This document shows positions 33,325 to 46,300 of a DNA stretch of 64,000 bases, piece after piece. The stretch is taken from positions 930,001 to 994,000 of the forward strand of contig JASTWF010000093.1 in assembly GCA_030390025.1 (NCBI GenBank), in the 5' to 3' direction. Made by a program: the position numbers and the translations under genes. Origin of the DNA: Squalus acanthias. Taxonomy: Eukaryota. Under the pieces are notes generated by a model, which saw only the letters and a list, made by a program, of their open reading frames with translations, was not told the DNA's origin and made no database searches. How positions within the stretch are numbered: position 1 is the stretch's first letter; each line of letters begins with the position of its first letter.

Positions 33325-33960
33325 TCAGTATTTGCAGTGCATCTTGTAGATGGTACACACTGCAGCCATGGTACGCCGGTGGTGGAGGGAGTGAATGTTT
33401 AAGGTGGGAGATGAGGTGCCAATCAAGCGGGCTGCTTTGTCTTGGATGGTGTCGAGCTTCTTGAGTGTTGTTGGAGCTGCACTCATCCAGGCAAGTGGAG
33501 AGTATTCCATCACACTCCTTACTTGTGCCTTGTAGATGGTAGAAAGGCTTTGGGGAGTCAGGAGGTGAGACACTCGCTGCAGAATACCTAGCCTCTGACC
33601 TGCTCTTGTTGCCACAGTATTTATGTGGCTGGACCAGTTATGTTTCTGGTCAATGGTGACCCCCAGGTTGTTGATGGTGGGGGATTTGGCGATGGTAATG
33701 CCATTGAATGTCAAGGGGCGGTGGTTAGACTCTCGCTTCTTGGAGATAGTCATTGCCTGGCACTTCCGTGGCGCGAATGTTACCTGCCACTTATCAGCCC
33801 AAGCCTCAACGTCGTCTAGGTCATGTTGCATGCAGGCATGGATTGCTTCATTATCTGAGGAGTTGTGAATGGCACTGAACACTGTGCAGTCATCAGCGAA
33901 CATCCCCACTTCTGACCTTATGTTGGAGGGAAGGTCATTGATGAAGCAGCTGAAGATGGC
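33325..33960 (-). mobile_element. CR1/L2-group LINE RT fragment
   Basis: FSCFINDLPS...MFADDCT...WADKWQVTF...QVRSVMEYSPLAW. Confidence 0.85.
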
Positions 33961-33989
33961 AGTTAGGCACGGGCAATAAATGCTGTCCT

Positions 33990-35934
33990 TGCCAGACTGA
34001 GTAAAAGAGCTAGGAAGGTAGTGCAGGAGTCCCCTGGCTCCATCTCCCTCTCCAACAGATTTTCCGTTTTGGATACTGCTGGGGGACATGGTTTCTCAGG
34101 GGAATGCAGCAAGAGCCAAGTCCGTGGCACTACGAGTGGCTCAGCTGCACAGGAGGGGAGGAAAAGAGTGGGAGGGCAATAGTGATAGGGGATTCTATCG
34201 TAAGGGGAACAGATAGACGTTTCTGTGGCCGCAGATGTGACTCCAGGATGGTATGTTGCCTCCCTGGTGCCAGGGTCAAGGATGTCACTGAGCGGCTGCA
34301 GGACATTCTGAAGGGGGATGGTGAACAGACAGAGGTCGTGGTCCATATCGGTACCAACGACATAGGTAGAAACAGGGACGAGGTCCTGCAAGCAGAATAT
34401 AGGGAGCTAGGAAATAAATTAAAAAGCAGGACCTCAAAGGTAGTAATCTCAGGATTACTCCCAGGGCCACGTGCTAGCGAGAGCAGAAATAGGAGAATAG
34501 ACCAGATGAATGCATGGCTGGAGAGATAGTGTGGGAGGGAGTGATTTAAATTCCTGAGGCATTGGGACCGATTCTGGGGAAGGCGGGACCTGTACAAGCT
34601 GGACGAATTACACCTCGGCAGAACCGGGACCAATATCCTCGCAGGGGGGTTTGCTAGAGCTGTTGGGAATGATTTAAACTAGTTTGTCAGGGGGCTGGGA
34701 ACCTAAGTGTGGGCCCAGAATGGAGAGAAACAAAGCTGGAAGTGCAAGTTAGAAAAGTAGTCAGCAAAACTAGTAGGGAGCAGAAACAAAGGCCAATAGT
34801 AAAGAGGGTCAAAGTGCAGAAAAATATTAAACAGGCAAAGTTGAAGGCACTTTATCTAAATGCACGTAGCATTCGCAACAAGGTGGATGAAATTAATGAC
34901 ACTAATAGAAGTAAATGGATATGATGTCATTGCCATTACAGAGACATGGCTGCAGGGTAACCAAAGCTGGGAACTGAATGTTCCAGGGTGCTCAACATTT
35001 AGGAAGGACAGACAAAAAGGAAAAGGAGGTGGCGTAGCGCTGTTAATAAGGGATGAGATCGGTACGGTAGAGATAAAAGATCTTGGCTTGGCAGATCGTG
35101 ATGTAGAACTGGATTCAGTTTGGGTGGAGCTAAGAAACAGCAAAGGGCGGAAAACATTGGTGGGAGTTGTGTATAGGCCACCAAACAGTAATGGTAATGT
35201 AGGGCACAGTGTCAATCCAGAAATTAGAAGTGCATGTAACAAGGGCAATACGGTAATCATGGGGGACTTTAATCTACATATGGACTGGGCAAATCAAATT
35301 ACCACTAATGGTGTGGGGGGACGAATTCTTGGAATGCATGCGAGATGGTTTCCTGGATCAGTATGTAGAGGAACCAACCAGGGAACAGGCTATTCTGGAT
35401 CTGGTACTGTGTAATGAGAAAGGGCTAATCAATAATCTTGTGGTAAAGGGGCCTTTAGGGACAAGTGACCATAATATGATTGAATTTTACATTAATTTTG
35501 AGAGTGATGTAGTCCAATCTGAAACTAAGGGCGTCAATCTAAACAGAGGAAACTACAAGGGTATGAGGGACAAGTTGGCCATGGTAGATTGGGAGACTAC
35601 ACTAAAAGGTATGAAGGTGGACATACAATGGCTAACATTCAAGGAAATAATGCATAATTTGCAACAAACATATATTCCTCTCAGGCATAAAAACCCAAAA
35701 GGAAAAGTGATCCAACCATGGCTAACAAAAGAAATTAAAGCTAGTATTAAGTCAAAGGAGGAAGCTTATAAAGTTGCCAGAAAAAGCAGTCAGTCTGAGG
35801 ATTGGGATCTTTTTAGAAATCAGCAAAGGGGGACCAAGAAATTGATAAAGAAAGGGAAAATGGATTATGAGCACAAACTAGCGAAAAAACAGGTTGTGAA
35901 AGCTTCTATAGGTATGTGAAAAGGAAAAGACTGG
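33990..35934 (+). mobile_element. 5' part of a CR1 LINE (ORF1 SGNH esterase, ORF2 APE endonuclease), truncated at the palindrome junction
   Basis: VIGDSIVRG...CLPGARV...HIGTND...LHL (GDSL/SGNH); YLNARS, ITETWL, VYRPP, MGDFN, SDH (APE). Confidence 0.88.
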
Positions 35935-38900
35935 CAGAATAATGGAACCACAAAGCCTCATAATGCTCTTTTAGTCTATATTTAAAATACTCTTTCAGAT
36001 TTATTCTTCTACCCTTATAAAACAGAGCATTCCTTCATGGCACGATCGGGTGTTTTCAGAGTAGTAGGGTAGGCATCTGCTGATTGGCTTTCCCTTTACC
36101 CAAAGGCTTGCAGTCCTGTTGTCTAGTTTATGTTTCCTTTTATATTTCTTTCCCCCCTTCCCCACCTTGCTCTCTTGATCCTCAGGCTTCCCCACACACA
36201 CAAACTACAAGCCCTACCCTTCATTGCCTTCCCCTTGCCTCAACCTTCAAAACTCCATCAGCTCCACCCTTCCTTACCTCGCTCACCCACTCACTCACTG
36301 CTGTAAAAACGCTGCTCCTTCCTGCCTCAAAATACACACAATTAGGGAGCAGCTTTTTCTCCTCTCCCAGGCCCGGCTGCTTAAAACAGGCTCAAGCCCA
36401 CAACCCAATTCAAGCCGCCTTTGCCCAATTCAGACCAGAACAAGACGTGGGCCTTTCTGCACATTGATAAAAGCCGCCCGCGTGGCCCCAATTTGGCCAG
36501 CAGGCCGACCCAGCAGCAGAACGTGCTACAAGGAAATGAGCCGAGGAAAGAGAGCGAGCGCGTGAGAGAGCGAGGGAAAGAGGGAGGGAGCGCGCACAAG
36601 CAATCAGCTAAAAAGGTTTCCAAATGAAGGCAGTGTCAGTGCAGCATCAAAGCATCAGCCTAAGTTTTTGTGCTCAAGTCTCGAGACGGACTTGGAACCC
36701 ACAACCTTCTGACCCAGACACAAGAGTGCTACCCACTGAGCCACGGCCGACCCTGTATGTGAGGGGCACTACAGAAATGCAGGTTGTTGTTGTCCAAGTG
36801 CCTATTCTTTTTGTGCAGCGACTGCCGGTAAACTATTCGACTGCGGGGTAAGCCCAACGCTACCCTTATCGGGCATCTGCACGCACTGCAGGAGGGATCA
36901 GGAATGGGAATCTCGGATGTTTCTCTTTTGCTCCGATTGCCCAGGAAGCTGAGGTCAGTTGCATCCATTCCTGTTGACTGTTTCAGCAAGAACCTCAAAA
37001 CCATCAACCCTGGGGGCTTCTTTAATTTGCACAGCTCAGCGCTACAAAAAGTGCTTGGAGACTGAGGCACTGGGGAGGTCCTGTGTCCAGCACATGTTAG
37101 GTAGTGGAGAGCTGGAAGTGGTTACATGGCAGTAAACTCATAGAGGGGTTCAGATGATGCCATAAACTCCCAGAGTGAAGCTTGAGTGGTGTATAACTCT
37201 GAGATGACATTGCAGCCTTCAAATCGTTCCTATGTACCAGTATGTTTTGTGATATTCGAACTGCAGACTTCAAGGGGGTGCTTTTATTTCTGTGAGCATC
37301 CACTTCTTTGCCAACAGATGAAAACACTGATGTACCCTCCACACTGCATTGCTGAGAGTTTCTTCCCCGAAGGATTAACCACTGCAAGTACTGAATGAGA
37401 ATCAACAATCGGTATACGTCTATATTACATTTCAAAGGCCAGTGGGTTATACAAAATCAAAGAAAACCAACAAACACCAAAGGCACGGTTTACGATGATC
37501 GTGATACAAATGTCTTGTGTTGTGCAATCTGCTGCTCCCTGGAATGCATTCCATTTCTATCTCATGTTTCACCCCTTTCAAATAATTTTGCTTAGTTTTT
37601 TTTGCGATTCTCATACAGACTCTACTTCATCTCATTCTTAAGAATAAAGACAGCCTCACAAGTTTCATTGGGTTTACAAGTGGTCTCACTCTTTTTGATC
37701 CTGAGCTTACTAAAAGTCATGTGACATGTTTCTTGTAAATGTAACATTGACTTCTCAGGACATTTTCCTGTCACTTTCGGATGAGACGTTAAACTGAGGC
37801 CCCGTCTGCTCTCTCAGGTGGATGTAAAAGATCCCACGGCACTATTTCGAAGAAGAGCAGGGGAGTTATCCCCGTTGTCCTGGCCAATGTTTATCCCTCA
37901 ACCAACATCACGAAAACAGATTATCTGGTCATTATCACATTGCTGTTTGTGGGAGCTTGCTGTGCACCAATTGGCTGCTGTGTTTCCTACATTACAACAG
38001 TGACTACACTCCAAAAAGTACTTCATTGGCTGTAAAGTGCTTTGGGACGTCCGGTGGTCATGAATGGCGCTGTAGAAATGCGAGTCTTTCTTTTTCTATC
38101 TTTTCCATTTCTGTCCTGTCTGTAATGATTTTCTGTCACAGTTAAACTTGCTTTTTTAAAATCATATTTTTCTCTTTCCCGCCGACAGGCTGGCTGATTC
38201 TTGCCATGTGTCTCACTCCCAAAGTCGTCCTCTGAACTGAGTCACTCAGGTCCGTTCGGAAGTTGCTCTCTCCCTCCCAGGAAGTTGTATTTTTTTAATT
38301 GTTTTTCTGCTGCCTGACTGGCACCTCCTACCACCTCTCCCCCAACCCCAAAATCCACCTGGTCCCTGATGCTGCTTCCTGGCGCCATTGGTCAATCATA
38401 GGTGGCCGTGCCTTCTGTTGCCTAGGTCCTAAGCTCTGGAATTCCCTCCCGAAACCTCCCTGCCCCTCTACCTCTCTTTCCTCCTTTAAGACGCTTCTTA
38501 AAGAGAGTGTCAGCTGTGGCTCAGTTGGCAGCACACTTGCCTTTGAATCAGAAGGTTGTGGGTTTAATTCCCACTCCAGGGACTTGAGCACATAAATCTA
38601 GGCTGACGTTCCAGTGCAGTGCTGAGGGAGTGCTGCACTGTTGGAGGTGCTGTCTTTTGCGTGAGACGTTAAACTGAGGTCCCGTCTGCTTTCTCCTGTG
38701 GATGTAAAAGATCCCATGGCACTATTTTGAAGAAGGTTGCGGAGTTCTCCCTGATGTCCTGGGCAAATATCTATCGCTCGACCAGCATCCCTTAAAAAAA
38801 CCCAGATTATCTGGTCATTTTCACATTGCTGTTTGTGGGAGCTTGCTGTGCGCAAACTGGCGACCGTTTTCCCCACATTGCCACAGTGACTCCACTTCAA

Positions 38901-40063
38901 AAAGTACTTCATTGGCTGTAACGTGCTTTGGGACGTCTGGTGGTTGTGAAAGGCGCTGTAGAAATGCAAGTCTTTCTTTAAAACCTACCTCTTTGATCAA
39001 GCTTTTGGTCACCTGCCCTAATTTCTCCTCATGTGGCTCCGTGTCAAATTTTTTGACTCATAACGCTCCTGTGAATCGCCTTAGGACGTTTTACGACGTT
39101 TAAGGCGGTGTATAAATGCAAGTTGGGAGCGTCCCAGCGTCATCCCGACACCGATTGGGGTGAATCTTTTATTCAAACCAATAATACCAATTACATAGTA
39201 AAACCATTACATTCATCCATCACAGTAAATACAGTACAAATACCCCCAAACAATACCACACAATATTTTTTTTTTTTTTAAGATTTAAAATAATACATCT
39301 CACTTAACTCCACATAAAACAACCCATTTCAACACCACAGTGTACAAACACATAGCACCATCACAATCCAACTAAATGCCACAGATAACATCCACTCCAA
39401 TAACCCAAGAAACCTGTTCCACGCCAGTCCCACTGGCACCGCCCACCCGACCATCCACTCAAATTGTTCGTCCGATCATTCAAGCGTTCGTTCGTTCACA
39501 CCTCTGCCGACCAGCCGCCCCGCCCTGGGCCCCCCGCCTGGGGTTCTCCGTGCTGGGCCTCTCGCCCAGGCCACTCTCCTCCGGGTCTTCCACCTTGGGC
39601 CTTCTGCACCGGACCCTCCGCACCGGCATTCCCCGCGTGCAGCCGGGGTGAATCAACCGCATCTCCTGACTCCACCTCTGCCGACCAGCCGCCCCGCCCT
39701 GGGCCCCCCGCCTGGGGTTCTCCGTGCTGGGCCTCCCGCCCAGGCCACTCCGATTGGGGTGAATCTTTTATTCAAACCAATAATACCAATTACATAGTAA
39801 AACCATTACATTCATCCATCACAGTAAATACAGTACAAATACCCCCAAACAATATCACACAATTTTTTTATTTTTTTATTTTTTTTAAGATTTAAAATAA
39901 TACATCTCACTTAACTCCACATAAAACAACCCATTTCAACACCACAGTGTACAAACACATAGCACCATCCGATTGGGGTGAGTGTAGCCCTTAAAGACCC
40001 ATCCCGACACCGACTGGAGTTGCAAATTGTCCGGGGCGTTCCCAGCGGTCAGCCTAATGATAA

Positions 40064-40090
40064 TGACGTAGCAGGCAGGGACTATAAAAG
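40064..40090 (+). promoter_or_regulatory. Candidate core promoter of copy B: CRE-like TGACGTA (40064-40070) and TATAAAAG (40083-40090)
   Basis: About 200 nt upstream of the ATG in CpG-rich sequence; copy A has TGATGTA and TATGAAAG at the homologous sites. Confidence 0.55.
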
Positions 40091-40292
40091 AGTGCGGGCT
40101 GCGTGCGCCGTCCCACAGAGAGAGCGGAGCCCCGAGGGTTCAGGTATCGGTCGTCGAGCTCTGTCCCGGGTGCCGCCGGAACCCTCCATAAGATGCGGGT
40201 CTTTAGCAGCTGTGGAAACCGATAAAGAAACGATTTTCACTGATCGTCGTCTTGTCTTGTCTTGTTTTGACAGCTGTCGAGGAGAGCAAAGT

Positions 40293-40347
40293 ATGGTGAG
40301 AAGTCTGCTCGCTGTTTTGGTGGCTGTTCAATTCAGTTTGGCTCGAG
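40293..40347 (+). CDS. Copy B exon 1 (signal peptide)
   Basis: MVRSLLAVLVAVQFSLAR then G|gtaagt. Confidence 0.85.
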
Positions 40348-43300
40348 GTAAGTCTTTAAATGTAACTGTTTCCTTACACACATTAGAATGAACGATCCAC
40401 ACAGTTTGAGGTGGTCTTTTCACCACTGAGCAATGGCCCAAAGCAATAACAGTACTTTCACTTGTAATAGCAAAATACTGCGGATGCTGCAAATCTGAAA
40501 TAACAGAAAATGCTGGAAATACTCAGCAAGTCAGGCAGCATCTGTGGAGAGAAAAACAAGAGTTAACGTTTCAGGTCTGGGACCGAAGGGTTTCACTTGT
40601 AATGTTGGGTCAGTTTAATGGGCAAGATGGATAATTCCCAAGTAAACATTGTTCATGGAGCTGAAAATAATATTTCAAAGAAATAGCCCCTGTCTATTTA
40701 CATAAGAACAGAAGAAATGGGAGCAGGAATAGGCCACTTGGCCCCTCGAGCCTGCTCCGCCATTCAATAAGATCATGGCTGATCTTGGGCTCAAAGCCAC
40801 TTCCCTGCCCGCTCCCCATATCCCTTCACTCCCTTATCTTGTAAAAATCTGTATCTCCACCTTAAATGTATTTAATGACCCAGCCTCCACGGCTCTCTGG
40901 GGCAGAGAATTCCACAGATTTACGACCCTCTGAGAAGAAATTCCTCCTCATCTCACTTCTAAAATGGCGACCATTTATTCTGAAACTATGCCCCTGAGTT
41001 CTAGATTTCCCCACGAGGGGAAACATCCTCTCTGCATCTACCCTGTCGAGCCCACTCAGTATCTTGTATGTTTCAATAAGATCACCTCTCATTCATCTAA
41101 ATTCCAATGAGTATAGGCCCAACCTGCTCAACCTTTCTTCATAAGTCAACCCCCTCATCTCTGGAATCAACTGTGTGAATCGTCTCTGAACTGCCTCCAA
41201 TGCAAGTATATCCTTCCTTAAATAAGGAGACCAAAACTGTATGCAGTACTCAAGGTGTGGTCTCACCAATACCCTGTACAGTTGTAGCAGGACTTCTCTG
41301 CTTTTATACTCCAACCCCCTTGCAATAAAGGCCAACATTCCATTTGCCTTTTTGATTACTTGCTGCACCTGCATGCTAACTTTTTGTGTTTCATGCACAA
41401 GGACACCCAGGTCCCTCTGAACTGTAGCATTTTGTAATCTGTCTCCATTTAAAAAATAATTTGCTTTTTTATTTTTCCTGGCAAAGTGGATAACCTTGCA
41501 CTTTCCCACATTATACTCCATCTGCCAAATGTTTGCCCACTCACTTAGCCTGTCTATATCCCTTTGCAGATTCTTTGAGTCCTCTGTACAACTTGCTTTC
41601 CCACCCATCTTTGTATCATCCGCAAACTTAGCTACAGTACACTCGGTCCCTTCATCCAAGTCATTAATGTAGATTGTAAATAGTTGATTCCTGTGGCACC
41701 CCACTAGTTACCGTTTGCCAACCGGAAAATGACCCATTTATCCCGACTCTCTGTTTTCTGTTAATTAACCAATTCTCTATCCATGCTAATATATTACCCC
41801 CAGCTCCGTGAGCTCTTACCTTATGCAGTAACCTTTTACGTGGCACCTTATCGAATGCCTTCAGGAAATCCAAATACACCACATCCACTGGCTCGCCCTT
41901 AACCACCCTGCTCGTTACATCCTCAAAGAACTCCAGCAAATTTGTTAAACATGATTTCCCTTTCATAAAACCATGCTGACTCTGCTTGACTGCATTGATT
42001 TTCCAAATGCCCTGCTAATGCTTCCTTCATGAAGGACTCCAGCATTTTCCCAACGACAGATGTTAGGCTAACTGGTCTATAGTTTCCTGCTTTCTGTCTC
42101 CCTCCTTTCTTGAATAGGGGTTTTACATTTGCGGTTTTCCAATCCGCTGGGACCTCTCCAGAGTCCAGGGAATTTTGGTAGATTACAACCAATGTATCCA
42201 CTATCTCTGCAGCCACTTCTTTTAAGACCCTGGGATGTAGGCCATCTGGTCCAGGGGACCTGTTGTCTTTTAGTCCCATTATTTTGTGGTGTTTACTGAT
42301 CATGTTGCTGCAGTTACTTTTTTTGATGTCCATTTTGTGAGGTGAGGGAACAAAACTTTTTCTATTTCAATAGATCACAGAAAATATCAACCCAGGAAAT
42401 ATCAACCCTTCTGGAGAAGAGAAAATACAGCTGTGGGGATAATTACTACTTAGTGCTTTCCTGTGTTCAAGATTAAATCTCGTATTAATCATCCTTTTAA
42501 AATAAAATATTCTGAAGAGTCAAGATTAAATCTCTTGGAACAATGCTGTTACTAATCTATTTGTTTGAATTCACAGCTCAGTTTCAAGTCCACACCCCAG
42601 AAGCACCAGTGACTGCTGTCTACGGCCAGTACACGGTGCTGAGTTGCAGCTTTACAGCTCGGGGTGAATCGTCACTGGATCTGCTGTTCATCAGTTGGCA
42701 CCGTGTCGAGACGGAGGAAGTTGTTTATAGTTATTATGGAAAAGAGCAACTGAGTCGCCAAAGCCCTCGGTATTCGGGGAGGGCAAGCTTATTCCCAGAG
42801 GAGTTAAAACAAGGGAACGTTTCAGTGAAGCTGGACAGAGTGAGACCAGAGGATGCTGGACAGTACCTGTGCTTAGTCAGGAACACAAAAGGAAATGGCC
42901 AGGGCATTGTGTCTCTAATATTTGCAGGTACATGCTTCTTTCAGTTTTCATTTTTGTTCTGTCAGTGCTGCAAATTAAAGTCATGCTTCTTGGCCTCCCC
43001 TGATGGCTCAGTGAGTCTCGCCATTGAGTGCCTGAGCCGTACAGACCATGTTTGATGTCCAGAATGTGCTGGTTTAACTCCTCTCCGCTGGAGCAGTGCT
43101 ATTGGTGCAATCGACACACCTCGGTTAGGGTTGGCACTCCCATTTGCTATTCAGCAAGTCCTGCCTGTGGACGGCTCCAGGATCGGGCTGAACTGTGATG
43201 GCCTCGCAGGTGAAAAGCCCACTGATATTTACCATCAAGGGTTACGTATGATTTTGGCTGAACAGCTGCCAGCAGGATATTGTGGGATTTTCACCTTCAA

Positions 43301-46300
43301 CTTGATCACTTGGTACAATGATTTGAATATCTCCAAATTGATCACAAACAGCAATATCTACTATTCTGTTTGTACTTGGATTTGTTGTTCTTGAGCATTT
43401 AAAGCTTTTATTGCATTATTCAATTAGTTATTAACTGGAAAAAGATTCCTAGTTGGCATTATTTTTATCAAGTTTATTTCTTGTTTCTAATGACCCTTTT
43501 TTTAATCTACAGCATACATGGTGGCATAGTGGTTAGCACTGGTGCCTCACAGCGCCAGGGACCCGGGTTCGAATCTGGCCTCGGGTGACTGTCTGTGTGG
43601 AGTTTGCACATTCTCCCCATGTCTGCGTGGGTTTCCTCCGGGTGCTCCGGTTTCCTCCCACAGTCCAAAAATGTGTGGGTTAGGTTGATTTGGCTATGAT
43701 AAATTGACCCTTAGTGTTAGGGGGGGATTAAATATGTGGGGTTATGGGGATAGGATGGGATATGTTAGGGGGAATTAAATACGTGGGGTTACGGGGATAG
43801 GGTGGGATATGTGTCGGTGCAGGCTCAATGGGGATTCTGTGTGAGAAAGCAGGGACAGGGTACTGGATTTGGATGATCAGCCATGATCGTATTGAATGGT
43901 GGAGCAGGCTCGACGGGCCGAATGGCCTACTTCTGCTCCTAGTTTCTATGTTTCTATACTACAAGGAACCTGACTTTTTTATCCAATTAACACCATCCGG
44001 GGCGGGCGGGTCCGCGGTGCCATGCCACGGGGCGCGGGCGCGTCCGCGGTGCCATGCCCCGGGGCGCGGGGGCGGGCGCGGCCACAGTGCCATGCCCTGG
44101 GGCGCGGGGGCGGGCGCGGCCGCAGTGCCATGCCCCGGGGCGCGGTGGCAGGCGCGGCCGCAGTGCCATGCCCCGTGGCGCGGGGGCGGTGCCATGCCCC
44201 GGGGCGCGGGGGCGGGCGCGTCTGCGGTGCCATGCCCCGGGGCGCGGGGGCGGGCGCGGTGCCATGCCCCGGGGCACGGGGCGGGTGCGTCCGCGGCTGC
44301 TGTGCCATGCTCCGGGGCGCGGGAGCGGGCGTGGTGCCATGCCCCGGGGCGCGGGAGCGGGCGCGGCCGCGGTGCCATGCCGAGGGGGCGGGCGCGGCCG
44401 CAGTGCCATGCCCCGGGGCGCGCACGTCCGCGGTGCCATGCCCCGGGGCGCGGGGGCGGGCGCGTCTGCGGTGCCATGCCCCGGGGCGCGGGGGCGGGCG
44501 CGGTGCCATGCCCCGGGGCACGGGGCGGATGCGTCCGCGGTGCCATGCCCCGGGGCGCGGGGGCGGCTGCTGTGCCATGCTCCGGGGCGCAGGAGCGGAC
44601 GCGGCCGCGGTGCCATGCCGAGGGGGCGGGCGCGGCCGCAGTGCCATGCCGCGGGGCGCGGGGGCGGCCGCGGTGCCATGCCCCGGGGCGCGGGGGCGGG
44701 CGCGGCCACAGTGCCATGCCCCGGGGCGCGGGGGCGGGCGCGGCCGCAGTGCCATGCCCCGGGGCGCGGTGGCAGGCGCGGCCGCAGTGCCATGCCCCGT
44801 GGCGCGGGGGCGGTGCCATGCCCCGGGGCGCGGGGGCGGGCGCGTCTGCGGTGCCATGCCCCGGGGCGCGGGGGCGGGCGCGGTGCCATGCCCCGGGGCA
44901 CGGAGCGGGTGCGTCCGCGGCTGCTGTGCCATGCTCCGGGGCGCGGGAGCGGGCGTGGTGCCATGCCCCGGGGCACGGGAGCGGGCGCGGCCGCGGTGCC
45001 ATGCCGAGGGGGCGGGCGCGGCCGCAGTGCCATGCCGCGGGGCGCGGGGGCGGCCGCGGTGCCATGCCCCGGGGCGCGGGGGCGGGGGCGGGCGCGGCCA
45101 CAGTGCCATGCCCCTAGTTGGCATTATTTTTATCAAGTTTATTTCTTGTTTCTAATGATCCTTTTTTTAATCTACAGCATACTACAAGGAACCTGACTTT
45201 TTTATTCAGTTAACACCATCCGGGACAGTGTTCAGATTCGAGTCCCAAGGTTACCCTGAGGCTACTGTTTCCTGGTACAATGAAGAAAATGAAGATATTT
45301 CCACACTGTCTGAGACTTCGTACCAACAAAGTGGAGATGGTCTATACTCCCTGCAGAGTATTCTGCAAATCAATGACACCAATAGGAGTTCTAGCTACAC
45401 ATTCAGATTAAGAAATGATGTTCTACACCAATCAGTTTCTCGAACATTTGGTCTTTCTGTAGGTAAGTTGTGTCCTACACTCAGTACTCATAACCTCCAG
45501 TTGTCTTGCGATACAATTCTGAATCACGACATCTTGATCTCCATGCCATTTGAAGTAAAGGAAATCTTCCTTCAGTTCTTCAGAAACTTCTGTTCCAGTT
45601 TCTTTCTGGTTCCACAAGTATAAACCGCTGCACCTTTTTAACTTTCATGGCCCTACACTTCTTGACTTATCAATGTTCTTGGCCTCACTATCTCCCAAGA
45701 CCACAAATGGAGCTGCTGCATTGCGCGGCTGCTCTCAAAAGCTGTTTCCTCGTTTGTGCCAAACACTTCTTACCAAATACCTTTAACTCTCTATAGCTCG
45801 AGTCCTTTTGTGACTTGGATTCTGCTCCCATATTTGGGAAGACTCTCCTTAATGTCTCCCTCGCTCCTTGGAGAGGATATAAGAAGTTCTCTCTATGCTG
45901 TATTGTACCCTCCACGCTATGTAAACTTCTGCTCATCCAAAACACTGCTGCCCTTCTCCTATCCTGCACTACGATCTGCTAACCCTCTCCCTGTGCTCGC
46001 TGGCCTACATTAGCTCCTGGTTACCAACGCCTCAAATTAAAAATTCTTATCCTTGTGGTTAAGACCCTTCATGGCCTCGTCCCTCCTAATCTCTCTGTAC
46101 CCTTCTCTAGCCCTACAACCCTCTGAGAACTCTGCATTGCTCCAACTCTGGCATCTTGTGAATTCCCTACTGCCATCGCCCTGCCACTGGCAGCCATCTA
46201 TAGCTTGCGCTCCAGAATTCCCTCCCTAAACCTCTCTCTTTTCTCCTCCCTTTTTTAAAACTTTCCTTAAAATCCACCTCTTTGACCAAGCTTTTAGTCA

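Noticed and set aside
43520-43590. tRNA gene-like sequence
   Set aside because: It is the tRNA-derived head of a SINE, followed by a V-domain-like core and a LINE-type tail.
43828-45196. Six overlapping 350-430 aa ORFs
   Set aside because: Artefact of a very GC-rich tandem repeat lacking stop codons in all frames.
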